The notes: generated by a model from the letters alone, not told the origin. Numbered from the whole stretch's first letter, positions 1-14,600 are shown. The stretch is DNA of 44,351 nt, filler included, from Sphacelaria rigidula (GCA_964200075.2; 2 parts of 2 records of this genome joined end to end with filler, not necessarily neighbours in it); one strand, 5' to 3'. Numbers and translations: made by a program.

Positions 1-845
1 CGCAATTTCATATTTTTCGCAGCGTCCATGGGGCCATGCAAATATGTTTTCATCCCCATCCCCTCTCCCAACCACTCGCCGGAGGGGGGGGCGATACGTA
101 GGGTCTCGGACTTTTTGGGGGGGCACGCTCGGTTCTGAACCTAAAATGTGCCATCAGTGATGAAACGGCCTGGGGGGGGGGGGGAGGGAGGGGCGTACTA
201 ATTTGTTGCTCGCCTTGGTCGTTTGACCGTTGACTACGTTTCTTCCGTGCATTACACAGTAACATTTCTCATATGTCATCCCCTTCCTGTTTCGCCGTCA
301 GTGGCCACCATCTATCTCCAAGTATAACTATCGTTTTTTCGCTACTGTCTAATGCATCAAACGATTTCATGCCACCTTTGGTCACGTCCCGCATTTCCCC
401 CACTAGCACGTCCCGTTCCTCCTTGTATAGGTCACATTCTGCCACTATAGGACCTCTGATCACTATTACTTTGCCACAGGGGAAATTCTGTGCATCTACT
501 TCCTCCTCCTCTCCACGACTGGTAAATCTCTTTCTTCTTTCTGGCAGGTCTCGGTCCCCCACCCGAAATCGCAGTTTTGAATTTTTCGCCGCGTTCATCG
601 GGCCATGCAAATATGTTTTCATCCTTATCCACCCTCTCAACCCCCTCGTATATCTTCAGGTGTTCTCCCTCGTCTACTTGGCGTCTGAGCGCTCCTTTCC
701 CCCGTATTTCTATCATGTCTCTCACTTTTGTCTTGTACCCCGCGCCTTCACCCATCGAAACGGCTTGGGGGGGCGTACTCATTTGTTGCTTTCCTTAGTC
801 GTTCGACCATTGACCACGCATCCCTTTCGAGACAGAGCATCGGCC
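1..845 (-). mobile_element. Cluster of decayed, 5'-truncated non-LTR retrotransposon (LINE) 3' ends
   Basis: Frameshifted KTYLHGPM..KLRFRVGDRDLPERRKR..PCGK..IVAEC..LGDRWW coding remnant with a degenerate CCHC-like knuckle; 1-70 repeats ~580-640; the non-coding 3' end recurs at ~160-245 and ~755-845; homologous to 26055-26625. Confidence 0.72.
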
Positions 846-2546
846 TGGGGGGGGGGGGGGGGGGAGCCGCTTATCACGTTNNNNNNNNNNTTTCTTTTTT
901 TGGTTCTCCTTGGTGGTTCCCCGTTTGCCCCCGAACCCGTCCTAGAAAAACCGAGGCGCGGGGGGGGGGGGGGGGTAGCGCGCTACTACTGTAAGGGTGA
1001 ACTTGTTGTGGACACGACACGAGCGCCAGAAGCAACCTCCAAACTCCAAACACTTGAATGTATGGAAGATTGACGTAACTGGTGAAGACGGTGATCGAGG
1101 GCGCATGCCCCAGCTCCCATCTTCCAGTGCTGCCAAAAGTTAGGGACTTCACGTGTAGTGTTTTGGACGGCTCCAGCGCCATGCACTCTTTCAGCAGAAT
1201 AAAAAATCACTACTTGAAACCTGTTCGAATAGCAATGTGGGAGAGCACGCGATTTCGCGACATGTACACCAGCGACCGTTTCGCAGTTGAATATTGAAAC
1301 ACTGAACCCTGATATACTACGTAGCATGAACACCTGTGATGGGTCACGGGTTCTTTTCGATCATTATCGGTAGATGCGGTGTGCGTCACCTATAGTAATC
1401 CGAATTTAGTTGAACTCACAAGATGCTAACGACAAACACAAGTGTGGTATACGTGCAGCACAACACAGTGGTTCAGATGAGAGACATACCAATTACAAGC
1501 AGAACAATGAAGTTCACCTGCGTGTCCTCGGTGCACCATATGGTCGTCTATAGGGAGCAGCATTAGCGCAGGATCCGTGGTGATTCCTCCAACCAAGGAC
1601 GTGTAGAAACTCCGCCAGCCAGGATTTGGAGTTGGCAGGGCCTTACGCAAGCGCGCGAGAAACTCGCCCTGCACATGATGGAGGAAATATCAAGAGGTGT
1701 TATCACATCAAATTGAACGTGTGGTATGGTCGTGCGGTTCGACATTGGTGAGTTGAAGCTTTGCTAAGCTGGACACATTCGCACGGTCAGTATTGTACTG
1801 CAGCCCAGTGAAGAAGTGCAACCGAAGTGTCGGGACTGCAACAGTGCTACTGTGCGAATATAATACGACTTCTTCTGTTGTTGTACCTTACAGGTATCCA
1901 AACATGAGCAGCAGGACTGAAACTGAACTGTTTAAGAACGACCAAAGTTGATCTTCTGTATTAGTCTGTAGATGGAATCTGGTGACGCCCACCTCTTGAA
2001 GGACTGGAAGATTGGGTCCATCTCCATTAGAGGTAGCCATAATTTTATGGTACGGTGGTACCGACGAAATAAGATGAAGGTTGTACTGTACTGGATCAGA
2101 TCCACGATCACGCACGACAGACAACAGCGCTGTGCAGCTGGAAGCGGCAGGTTTCCAGCAACGGAGATTGGTTTCGTGGGTACCCCGAATGTTTGGGTAT
2201 GTATCCTACCTCAATTTGCATACTATCCCTCCCATCCGATCCAAAGACAGAATAGCCAGGGTGGAGGGCTACGTGTCTACACTGTTGTACTGTACAGTTG
2301 TACCGTACTGGCTGTCTCTCAAGATCAAGGGAAACAAAGGGGGGTAGGAATACATGTAGCCTTCATTATTTTTGATGAGTAGAGTTCGGTGCCATCGGCC
2401 TGTGCGTATTTCGAATATCAACTATACCCTGCCGACTGTCTACTTCGTGCAACGGGAGCTGCTACTTGAACCCACCAACGGCAGCGCGGTGGGCTACGAT
2501 GCACCAGAAAGCGAAGGGGTTACATGGGTAGAACGGCCTAGGAGAG

Positions 2547-2630
2547 ATGGAAAAATATCGAGTGAACAAAGTGATTGGGGAGGGAAGCTTTGGCAAGGCG
2601 ATCCTCTGCGCTAGGATCAGCGATGGCAAG
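2547..2630 (+). CDS. NEK exon 1 (Gly-rich loop)
   Basis: [28 protein letters not shown]; donor gtaaga at 2631. Confidence 0.93.
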
Positions 2631-5600
2631 GTAAGACGTGGGAAAACGGTGGTCCCACGAGTCTTGTCCGTGTTGCTGCCGATTCAAAAACGCCATATGT
2701 TCACCCGTCAAAGACACGTGTTTGACATATACAAGTACTGTACGGACAGCGAAGTCAGACACAAGACATGTGCAGCTTGATGTACAACAACAGCACAGCA
2801 CGGTCTATTCTGCACACAACATTACGATCATGGTATGTACAACACAGTAAATTCATTGGGGATGGGGTGGTACGCGCTCGCACGGTTCCAGGCCTGGTGA
2901 CGATACTACCGTATTACTGTACGATCGATCTGTCTACATTGTTCATTCGTTGCAATGCAATACCGTGAGAGACAACCAAGGCATAATACCTCATGGCTCA
3001 TGGATCTCTCATACCACCTGACATTAATCCTTAATATGGCGACCGCAGCCTCCTGTTCCGAGAATCCGACCTCTGATGTTCCCGCCACTTCATGGAGAAT
3101 GGCAACAGTGCAGGGTAAGATGGCGGCTAGTAAGTCGGATGGGCGCTGAAACGGGTGTGCGAGGTTTCTGTTTCAACCAACAGGATTTCAACGATCAGAC
3201 ATCTAGATACTGTATGGTTGAGCAGGCGGGACTGTGAGACACCTTCTCGCAAACATGCTCAATCCACAAAAAGCTAACGGAGGTCGCCGTACCTTCCCCA
3301 CCTCTCAACGCCACGAGCTCATGCTGGGTTTGTGATGGAAAACGCCCAACCCTGCGATTCCATGCGAGTTGCTTGTGCGTGGGTCAACTTGTGCTCGTCC
3401 TGCTCAGGCCATGTCTTCTCATTTTTTCTCTCATGAAAAAAATGCGACAGAAAATATTTTCCTCGATTTTTTGTATCTGATACGTCCACATCATTCATCA
3501 CTCATGTTCGCAGATGACTTCGAGTCCTGTTTACAATTATTCGCGCGCGACCGGCAGGGTGAAGAGTGGAAACAGAAAGCGTAGCTTGTTCGATCGAGAA
3601 CATGCGGCGGAAAAGAACGAAGGGCGCTTGACCCCAATCTTGCAGACCACCACGCCAGATACCACCTGTTCACACCCATGCGAACCCCACACAATTGACT
3701 CTCAGCTACCAGCGCAACCCTGCAACTCTGCAACCGTGCAGCATAGATCACGAGTTGAGCACAGGGTTGCATACACTGCAGTTATTGGGAACCGACATTA
3801 TTACCCTCTTGGCATGATGTGTTTGTTTTTTGTTGGCGAAAACTTGAGTATCTTATTCGATCGTAGGGTTTGGCGACGGAATCGCGTGGTGGGGTGGGCG
3901 ACCGAAATGCGTACACGCTCATGGCCAGTATAGGTGGTACAAAACTGCACGTTGTTCAATTTCTTTTTACATCCTCTGTGCAGAGAGTACAGACAGCCCT
4001 GTACTGTCCGTACTTCACGTTGCCCGCTTCTTTTTCACACATACTGTATCAAGTACACACAGTGCAGACCGCACAGTACAGTGCACTGCCCCTTTACCTC
4101 ATACAGTACCTACAAACCATCCCATATAATATTAATATTGGGCTGGTAAGACACACCAATGTGTTGGTGTTCACCGCAGCGCTTTCTCCGTAAAGCTGCT
4201 CTATGCACTCATCGGCATTTATCCGGATCGATCCCGTCGACGCCAAACCCCGTTAGATAGACCCTAGGTGGACCACTTGAGATGCGTGAAGACAGTCGCT
4301 TGGGTCCAACACAATGCGTGCGCCAGAGGGTGGGGACCAATTTGTTGTCACCTCAACTGTGCCGTACGAGTAGGGCTTATCCGCGCTAAAGATCAGCCGT
4401 TGATAATATTTCGAGAAAAGATCTGGCGCCCAACGAGTTGACCCTCTGACCGCCCATGATTTATCATCCCCGAACAGTGTCGGGAGACATGGGGGCATGG
4501 TTTTTGTACGTGCAGATTGTAGCTAAATGGACATGGGCCGTTAGGACGTGTCTTATCGGGACGGAAAATCAATTTCACACATCATATTGGTGTGTGATTG
4601 AAAGCGCAGCATCTCGGGCTCCCAGAAAAGAACACACGCGGTTTCGTAGGTAGAAATGTTTTTGTACGTGTATTACTGGAAATTATAGAAATCATTTAGG
4701 ACGTCCAAAAACCATCATGTAGGAGGGAAACATGCCAGCTTGGAAGGGGAGCATGACGTACAAAAGTGTGACATGTGTAGACGAAGGCGCAGATTATGTG
4801 ATTAGTCACACATCAATTTGATGTCAAAATTTGATTTTCGTCATCCTGATAGGATACGGCCTTGACGGAAAAACTGTTTTTCCAGCTAATAGACGTGCAG
4901 TAGCCTTGTGCCATTGTTGAAGGAGGAGAATGCAATTGCTTCCCTGCATTTATCATTCCGCTGTGTGCTGGCATCTTTACATGTGCGTTTAATGCTGGTG
5001 TGATCATCGCTACTGTCTTGCTGTACTGAGACGGGAGTATGTTTCCGGCCGTGACTTAGGCACAAATGATCATATTGCGCGGAATATGCATGGCAACGGT
5101 TAGTTCTGTTTTCGAGCTGCCGCGCCACCAAAAACAACCGTTTCGAACTCGCCACAAAAATGCACGATCATTTCGCGTTCAGGAGTTCTGTAGATGAAGG
5201 GATTAAACGACGATTTTGATGTACAGCTGTAACCCGGTGTGAAGTAAATCGATGCTTCGGTTTATCAGTCGAGTGATACACAGTTACAGCTAATGGACAA
5301 ATAGTGCGCCTTGCTTCCTAGGAGCTTGTTAATATGTGAACCGGTTTCGACATGGGTCTTCTTTCCCTCCTCTCCTTGTTCCCGCGGAATTCAGGCATGC
5401 GTGGTCAAGCAGATTGATACTTCCGCACTGCCCCCGAAGGCTCGAAAAGAGGTGAGCATTCCCGCGCCTGCGGCTATAGAGTTGCACAGAGTTCCTGTTC
5501 AGTCTCACACAAGACTGCTTCTTATGGTCCAGAAAATATTTGCCGGTTTTTTTCTTGTAATTATTTTTCTGAAATTGGTTATCATTTTCTGGAAAAAGCG

Positions 5601-8600
5601 TTTTCTGAGATCTTCAGTTTCCCCCTAGAAGTGTTTTTTCAGTCCATCTCGTCGAGAAAAGCAGTCCGCTATCGGAGAGATCGAAGTTCGTGGGAAACTG
5701 GGTTTATCAAGAATTCATCCTACCCCTGCAGCTAGTGGAGGCAATACATCACGCTCTGAACAGTAGAGTACGTTAGCGGAACGCGTACTGCGTACAGTAT
5801 CGAGTCTGTTGCTTATTGCGATAGATAATAGGTCCGATACAGTATACAGCAATGCGGCCGCTATTTCGTACGTCAAATGAATAATGGCAAAGTATCACGT
5901 AGGCGAGTGCTACCATCTTGACACAAAACCCCCCAGAATTTTTCCAAAATGATGAGCAACGGTGTAAACGGCCAATGTTGTGGATTGACACGGATTTTGA
6001 TAATCCGGGAAATCATGACATCATCAAGCCACCACGCTACAAACTACGCATCGTACTGTAGCACACATCCCGCTTTACCTTCAGTAGACTGTACTCGAGC
6101 AAGTCTCCCTTTTCCCGCACCCCAATCTGTGTAACACAAAAGGCTGCGAAGGAAGCCACCCTGCTCGCGATGCTGTCCCATCCAAACATTGTGGGCTTCT
6201 GGGAAAGCTTCTTGCATGGACATGCACGCAACATGCTTTGCATCGTCATGGACTACGCGGACGGCGGGGACCTGAGCTCGTGCCTCAGAGCGCGTCGGGG
6301 CCGGCTGTTGGAGGAGGAGGTTATTCTCGACTGGTGCGCATGTAGATCGGCGTAGTTGGTGTGGGTGGCAGTGGTGAAGTAGATTTGGCCAGGACGGAAC
6401 AATCGGCACACTGGACTGTTCTCTCGACCGATACGTGCACATGCTGTACATACGAATATTAGGAATGATACCTTTGACTGATGTCTATGGCAGCACTTGG
6501 CTTTCCAACGAGTCCGAGGACATAAGTGATCAACCACTTGTCCAGCCGAGAACCACGAACATTTTGTTTGTCCCAACATGATCTTGCACGGCGGCTCCGC
6601 CCCGCTTTGTCATGTTTGCGCGCTTCTTGCAACGGGGCGGAAATGTAAACTACTCCACCTGTCATTGTCGCGCCAGGTTCGTGCAAACCACGCTTGCGCT
6701 GAAGCACATTCATGACAGGAAAATCCTACACCGCGATCTCAAGACGCAGAATATATTCCTTACGCGCTCAAGAATTGTGAAGCTGGGCGACTTTGGCATC
6801 GCCAAGGTGAGGTTCCAAAACCTAAAAAATATGAAACAGAAAATGAGCAACACACTGGAAATCGATGGGAAGTTCACGTTGAGAGTTTATGCTGTCGCCG
6901 ATTTGGCACGAGGCTTGCGCACTGAACGTTTCTTACGAGACTGGCGTATAGGTGTTGCAAAAGTCTCGCGGTCTCGCGCGGTTCATAGACCTTGAAATGC
7001 AGACGTGGTGCGACTACAGGTTGTCCTTCTCGAAACACAAAAAAACAGGTTCTTGGCAACACGATGGACCTGGCGCGGACAGCCATCGGCACGCCGCTCT
7101 TCATGAGCCCCGAGATATGCCAAGATAAGCGCTACAACCACAAGAGCGACATGTGGAGCTTAGGGTGAGAACAACGATACTTTTGGTGTGTGACCCCCCC
7201 TGTTCCCCGTCTCTTCTACCTTTCACCGCATGGCAAGGTTGTAAGGTTGGTTGTTGCTGACCCTGGTGTAGATCTGCGCAGCCCAAATGCCTGTCCTGTA
7301 TGGACTTTCCAGTATTATGCATATTTCAATCCACGCGGAACCCGGATACTGTGCGATATGATTAGTTTCATGATGTGCTGACCTGAGACGCACACAGGCC
7401 GCTGGATTCGGAGTCTTCGATGAGTCCTGGTTGACTTCTTCCCTTCAACGCTATGCACTCCTGCTTTCCTTGACCCTTACCGCGTTTGCGTATATCGCGC
7501 CAAAAGGTGCGTCTTGTACGAGATGGCCTGCCTCCGACATGCATTCGAAGGGAACAATATGCGTCTGCTGGTGGTAAAGATCACCACCTTTGAACCCCGG
7601 CCAGTACCCTCCAGGTGTGTTCATGTACCTGTACTCCATGGGTGGGCGTTCAGGCTGTTCCTGTGTTGATGTGTTGCGTCTGCTTAGTAAACCGTAGACC
7701 ACGTTTGAACGTGGGGAGTGATGTGTTGGAGGAACCCAAGATAGGTTCGCCAAGTTGATACCATTTTCTGGTCAAATTTCGAAGAATCTTTTACATCTGC
7801 ACTTCGAATTGCCGTTGTGGTACAAGATAAGAAAAGGTTTCACAGTTATATGTGACTTCGAGTGTGACTTCCTACCCCATATCGGCCCCGTCACGCTCGA
7901 GATGCGCAAAGGTTCGCACGTCTGTCTTGCCCTCGCTGTCGTAGTTTTCACTTTTGCTTTTACCTCGCCTCCGGTCCAACACGATGATTGCCAGGTACAG
8001 CGCAGGACTTCGGAGTCTGCTGACGCAATTGTTGCGTAAGGATCCGAAAGCGAGACCAAGTACTGGCTCTGTCTTGAGACGGCCGCTGGTGAAGGAGAAG
8101 ATCGGGCGCTTTCTTAGCGAAGCACAGGTGACCGGACTCCCTCCGGCTCTCACCGCCTGCTCCTCTCCATCTTGGTAATCTTACTGGCTCATAATGTGTC
8201 ATGAGAGATTGCGGTGTACACCATGAGGGCATGTCTGTAACAACGTTCGATATCGGCATTCTTTCGATTCTTCTCCTGGAGTTGCAAGCGTCATACGCCG
8301 CTCAATGCCCTTGATCGCTTTATACCGACTGCGCTCCAGAGACGTATGTACAACAATCGAGATGGGAAAAGTACCTAGCAGGACGGGGTCTAGGGGGTTG
8401 CATGAACGAAGATGTAGGTGTCGTGGTATTAGTTTGGGCCGCTTCATTACGTCCGCGATTTTGTCGTGCTTCCAGGATTAGCAGACGCGAGCACTTCCGC
8501 CCCTTTACGCGTTTGACCGGCGTCATTCGTCAAAAACGACAGATTGCAGAAGAATTCAGCCATACCGTCTTGCACCGCCGGCGTTCAGGGAACTCGTCTC

Positions 8601-11600
8601 CAGTTTCAGCCCTCTCAGCAGTAGCCTCGCCAGAGGCACGAGTTCGTCAACCGTTACTCCCTGAGAACCCCCCCCGGAGACCTTCTCCCTCCAGTGTGTT
8701 GGAACGTAAGGATTCGCCTCCCAATCCTTCCATTCTACAAAATGGAATTGCGGCTGCAGTAGGCGGCAAAGCCTTTGCGGTAAAGGGACACGAACTTGGA
8801 GCACCCTTGGGGGCTGAGGGGAACGAGGCGTTACGCGAGGCAAATCACAGGAAAAAGGAGATAAATGCGGGAGGTGATGGAATCAGAGCTCAGGGAGCGA
8901 GACACCCGGTTAAGAGAGGCGGGAGCGATGCCGAAAAGAAATTGGTTGCAGCGAGGCAGGCGCAGTACCGACAACAGAGACGTAAGTTCGGGGCGTACTT
9001 TTGTCGGTGCATCCGCCACGACACGGTTGTAGTGAGGGCAAACAAATAGGCAAGGCTTATGAGCTCGTGAGATTGTGACACGGCGGAAAATAGTCGCGAA
9101 TTGCAGGCCTAGAATGTATGGGATATGTCAGGATTTACTGTAGTGGATTGTACCGATATTGACGGTGGTACGTATTCCACACTATTCCGCCGCTCTTGTC
9201 TTGCCGACAGGCTCAGATCCGATGTCTGGAAGCCACGCACTGATCATGGCCTATTTGATTGTCACACGCAGGAGACTTAGCAAAAAAGCGCGCCAACGTC
9301 GCTGCGGCAGCCCTCGGTGTTGCTCAGCAACCCTCACCCCGTCGCCGTACTCCCAAGCGCGCCGGTGAGGTTGGTGAGGCTGCGGCCAAAAAGTACCAGG
9401 GTGTAGAAGATGCAGCAAGGCGCGCGAGAGAGCGAGCGAGGGTCGCGGTCGCGAGAGAAGCTCTTGGCGTTGGCAGAAAATCGCCTCCGCGCGCTGTCCC
9501 TTCACCTGAGACTCGTAGGGCTGAACAGTTGGTGAGGGCATCTCCTGATGCGGGCGGACGGGTTACCCCGAAGAGACCCCCGCCCTTACGGTCGCCGATC
9601 GGCATGGGGAAAGAGAATCCAGCCACTGGGCATCCTCATCGTCCTTCTCGGGGAGTCTCGCCACCTGAAGGACGGGTTGATTTGGAGGGCGTGAAGGGTA
9701 AAGCTGGAGAGCGGAAGACCTCGGCAGCGGCAGCGGCAGCGGCGGCAAGATTGGCCAATTCTCCCGGCGGCGAGGCTCACAGAAGACATGCCGATGGGCG
9801 TGATGGACCGGCGTTCCAACAGAATCAGAACTTGCGGTTTGGAGTAGCAGCACCGGCAGAGGGCGCTGTTGGCACGGCAGTGTCCGCCGACCGTGCAGAA
9901 CAAGAGTCAGAGAGCAGGGAAGTAGTTGACACAAAAGCGGCGGTAGACGTTACACGACGTCAGCGAGCAGCACGAGCTGTTTTCGGACTTAATTTTGGGG
10001 ATGTGCTAGAGGGGGGGGGGAAGATGATATCTGCAAGGCCGGAGGAGAAGGGCGTCGAAGAGGAAAAGGATTCTGATGTGAAGGTAAGCTCAAAGTCCAG
10101 ATGCCGTACCCATCTTCGGAAGTGAGCAGCAGAGAACATGCCTAGCGTGAGTCTACGTTCAAGGACGTTGTGCCTGAAAAGAAACGAGGACTTCTTGTCG
10201 AACTGGTCGCTCTACCAAGCGGAACATACCACCTGCCTTGCTGCAATCGAAACGTACTTACACGGCGATGCTCCTTGAGTACGAAGCCGCCATGTCTCAC
10301 CAGCGATTTACCCCACAAAACTGAATATTGGATATTTTATGTTGGCGATACATACCCAGGAGTCCGCTGCTACCCCTGCACCAGCCTTGTCAAATGGGTG
10401 CGATGGGCCTGTCACAGCTGCGATGCCGCCTCTTCAAGAGTCTGTGGGACCGATCGAGACCGTCGCCGCAGCGGACACATACGCGGAGCCCGAACACGGG
10501 ACGTCGGATGCTGCCGTCGGAGCCACCGATGTTGAAGGTCGAGAATCGAAGGACGAAACTCCGGGTGCAATAGATGATACTGAACCAAAGGCAGTGGAGA
10601 AAACTCAGACGTCGTCGCTTGCCAGGGATGAGGAAAGGAGGATGTCTGGTGGGGACTACGAGCCCCAAGGGAGTGATGGGGATATCGAAATAGGCGGCTC
10701 GATTGGTGCCTCAGAACAGAACAACCGCTTGGACGGGCCACCGCTAGATTGTGTACCACCTGTCGTGCCTAAAGGAGGCGGTGATTCCAACAACCCACGA
10801 GTTGATCTCGGACTCGGTCAAGGATGGCTGCAAAACCTCGAGGCTAAGATGGGAGCTATTAAGGCTCAGGTAGGTCGTTTCCTTCCTAGCCGTCCGCTTC
10901 AGACACGAAACGGCCTCCCTGTGGACTTTGTTCGCCGCGTATTTTGGCGAAACGAAGGTAGTGCGATGAACCCGCACACTCACTAATTTACTCCTTCCCT
11001 TCACAAACGACTCCGCTTTTCTTGTCACGCCGTCACACCACACGCTGCCCCACGTCTGAGCAAAGGTCGATCAGATCAAGTCCCCACCAGAGTTTACCCC
11101 TCGCAGGAAGGGCAAGCGGCGTGACCGTGCGGGACGACGGAATCCACCACGACCGACAACCGTTGGCAACGTTCGAGATCGTGGCGAGAACGATGAAGAG
11201 AGTAACGGCTCCCCGTGCGTAGCGTCGCCTATCCTCGAGGAGGACTCGCCCCTGGATGGACATGAATTGCCGATATCAGAGGAAGGCGAGCCAGTTGAGG
11301 AGAAAGGCAAGGGCTACGGGTCGGACTTACGAGGCGCTGCTGGCGATGAATCGGTGGGTAAGGCCGAGATGAATTGGAGGGAATATGAGGTTGTGCGTAT
11401 GGGCAAGCTGGAGGAGCTCGACGGTGCTAAGTCACTGGAAGACCAAGGTACACCGTCAGCTTTCTTTACACCGATCAAGGGCGCCTCAGCTGATGATCGC
11501 GAGCCTGTCCAAGCTAAATCGCATCCTAGGTCGAAGCTTTTGTCCGCAGCGGCAGCAATAGACGAGGCGGCGGCGGTTTTTGCGGCCATACCCAAAGTAA

Positions 11601-14600
11601 GAAGAGGTATTGTAACTTCGCAGAGAGAGTCTACCCACTTACGTACATCATACGTGGTGTACTAGTTGTCTTGGGAACTGGGCCGTGCCGGGGACAGGTA
11701 AAGTTTGTAGGACATTCAGCCGGTGGTATGAGTAGCATGTTGGGTCTGTTTCGATCGACGTGAACTGCAGTATCTCGCGGTGTGGTGCCGCTGTCCTTAA
11801 ACCTCTGTTTACCCAGGAGTATTTCACTGAACGAAGATACGCTGCGACAAGCTGCTTCCATCTGCATTTGCATTTATGTGACACACATGCGTTTTACCCG
11901 TTGCCCTCCCGTCCCTCGCGCTGTTGTAATGACTCTCAGACGCCTCCACGGGTGCGACCTACGGGCAGAAACGACGATCTAGTCGACGACGGTGAGTCCT
12001 TGTCCGTAGCCCCGCCGCCGGAGATACCGCCCTCCTCAGGCGAACGGAGCGCAGAGAGTAAGGTATCTAGAAGAGCAGTATCCAGAGCAGGCTTGGGTGG
12101 TGCAGCGGTCATCACGACGCCCGCTCAGCGGGGGAGAGGACGGCGGACGCGAGCGGTGTGGACGCCAAAGGCGTCGGTCGTGGTCAGCAGTGAGAAAAAG
12201 CCTACGAGGTGAGCACGCGTTCGTATACGGCACTGAGCTGCTGCAACATGACATGCAGCTATGTGCTCGTTTTGTTCTCGTTGTCGTTCTCCATTTTTAT
12301 CCCATCTATTTATCCCTTCTGATGCGTTTTCCATGTACTATTCTTGTGTGTTACCTTGCAGACACGCCGCTGCCTTGGCGACGGAACTTGAACGGCATTC
12401 TGAAGGCCCTAAACCGAGGAAGAAGCAGGTGGAGGAAGGAAAATTATCCGGGGGTTCTCCTGAAGGTTGCGGCAAGGGCCATACTCCTACCACAGAAGAG
12501 AGGGTTCAGGTACAGGTGGCGCCTTTCTGGGGAGCCCGTTTTTCTCTTTCCGATAGAGTTTAAATGGATGGGCTTGCTGCAGCTCTTTGCTAAATTGTTT
12601 CATGTATCGCGTCGCCACGGTCGAACAAAGTCGCCGAGAAAGTGAGCAGCGAAGAAAACCGTCGACGGGTAGTCACGTGTCTGTGCAGCTCGATGTGAAA
12701 AAGTTGTGCACAAATGACAGCAACAACGGCCGTGAGGCATCACACCTGGCCACTACAATACTTGAAAGAGGTGCTTGTGAGCTCCCCTCCCCGAGACAAT
12801 GCTTTCCCGTCGTCACACGATACCGTTAACCATGTCTCTTTCCACAGGCCCTACGTGCCGCTCGAGATCGCGAGCGGGCCGAGCTGCGTGCCTTGATCGC
12901 ACGACAACGACGAGCACGGAAGGCTCCCTTGGGAGCCGACGGGGCCGCTACTGGGAGAACCACAAAAACTGGTGGCGGAATTCAGAGGAAGGACGGTGAC
13001 ACGCACGAAGAGCAAGACGGAGAGCAAACAGCCCAGTCCCAGGATCGGCACGCCCCAAGCGGATGGATGGTGGACGTTTCGTCATCAGCCCGCAAAGGAT
13101 CGGTCGCGTTTTCACGTAGGATTCCCGCGTCCGAGCCGCCGCCAAGGGCCCGGTGTCGCGTACCGAGTGGCAACCTCACAAGAGTGAACATCAGCAGGTT
13201 AGGGAAGCAGGGGACGAGTAGTGCGAGGGCAGGGCGACGGAGACGTGGGCAAGCGAAGGAGAGCAATGGAAGAAACGCTGGCAAGGCGGAGGAGGGGCAT
13301 GAACCCGAGTCGCATGTGGTGAAGCCGAAACCAAAACCGAGGTGAGATCGATTCAATAACGTGCGCGTCAACTTCGTCGAAAACTGGTCGCGTGCGGACT
13401 AGCAGATCATTTGCTATACTGCTAGACTCGGTAGCGCTGCCGTTGGCCTCGGTACGGTCGAGAAGCCGGGCAGCGATCTTTGCATGTGTACGATAGAGAA
13501 GCTCTACGATTATTAGGTAGCTGGAATGTCCTGCAGAGTGGGATGGAGTCAACAACAGCGCTGGTGAAGTGCCCTTGTTCTGTGCCAAGGGGTTCGTGCA
13601 ATGGTGGCGATTGCGTTGCCCGATGAATTGGTTCCTGCACACTTTCTAGCCCCTTATGCTCATGCCTCGGCAAAGCGGCGCATTCCGGGCGAAGCATGGG
13701 AAGGTTCCTTCATGCAACATTTCGTTCTGCAAGACGGTTCTCCGTTCAAGGGATGCCTGGCGACACGTTTACTGATGGCACATAACGTATCGTCGACACG
13801 ACGCCTCCGTTCCTTGGACCTTTGCGCCGGAATCCCCGAATCCTTGCCACTTTGTCCCTTCTTTAGGGAACCCGCTAAGCGACAAAGAGAGCTTCGCGCG
13901 TTCATTGCCAAGCAGCGCCGGCAAGCGAAACAAATCGAGAGCGACAACCAAAATCGTGGATCGGACGCCAGCGACGTCAAGAGCGACGATGACCCTGGTG
14001 AAGATGACGACGATGATGATGATGACAATTCAGTTTTGACGACGGCTGCACCTGCATCACCTCGATCAGCACCGCCGGCGTTGAGATTCTCTGCCGATTC
14101 GCGACCTGCATCGTCTGCGGTGCCCACAGCCCTTCCTGATGCGGTTCTTCTCGGTGCGAGAACATTATGTTTCGAAGTGGACGAAGAGAGCAAGCCTTCG
14201 GGAGGCAGCGTGCTGACCGGCGGCTCTACGATCGAGCGGATCGAGAATGACGTGGTGCCTGCTGTAATCGAGACGGAGGACTGTTCTGCTGGTTCTAACG
14301 AGCATTCTCCAACGAAGGAGCTGAAGCAGGGTGATGGGGGGGACGAGGCAGCGTCAACGCCGCATTTTGAGAGGCGATGGAGAGTTGATCACGCGGTGTC
14401 GTCGTCGGAACAAAGGAGCCCCTCGAAGGATAGAGTCGTGGTCGAGCCCTTTGTCGCAAAAGAGGTTCAAGAGGTGATCCGTAGTGTACATAGCGACGAA
14501 AGTAGCTCTGGGGCGAGTTGTGGGGTGCTCTCTCGTACTTTGATGTGACGTGGTCCGATGTGCTCGTATCAGAAGGTATATACGGGCTACACCGTGACTG

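Noticed and set aside
273..1073. 266-aa + strand ORF
   Set aside because: Antisense shadow of the LINE remnant, crossing G-runs and an N gap.
985..2124. Possible divergent gene or transposase relic upstream of NEK (e.g. minus-strand QGEFLARLRKALP segment with cag/gt ends)
   Set aside because: No coherent multi-exon model or recognisable domain could be built by eye.
13065..13095. Minus-strand CTGATGACGAAACGTC resembling a hammerhead ribozyme core
   Set aside because: No stem II or supporting helices, and it lies antisense within a coding exon.
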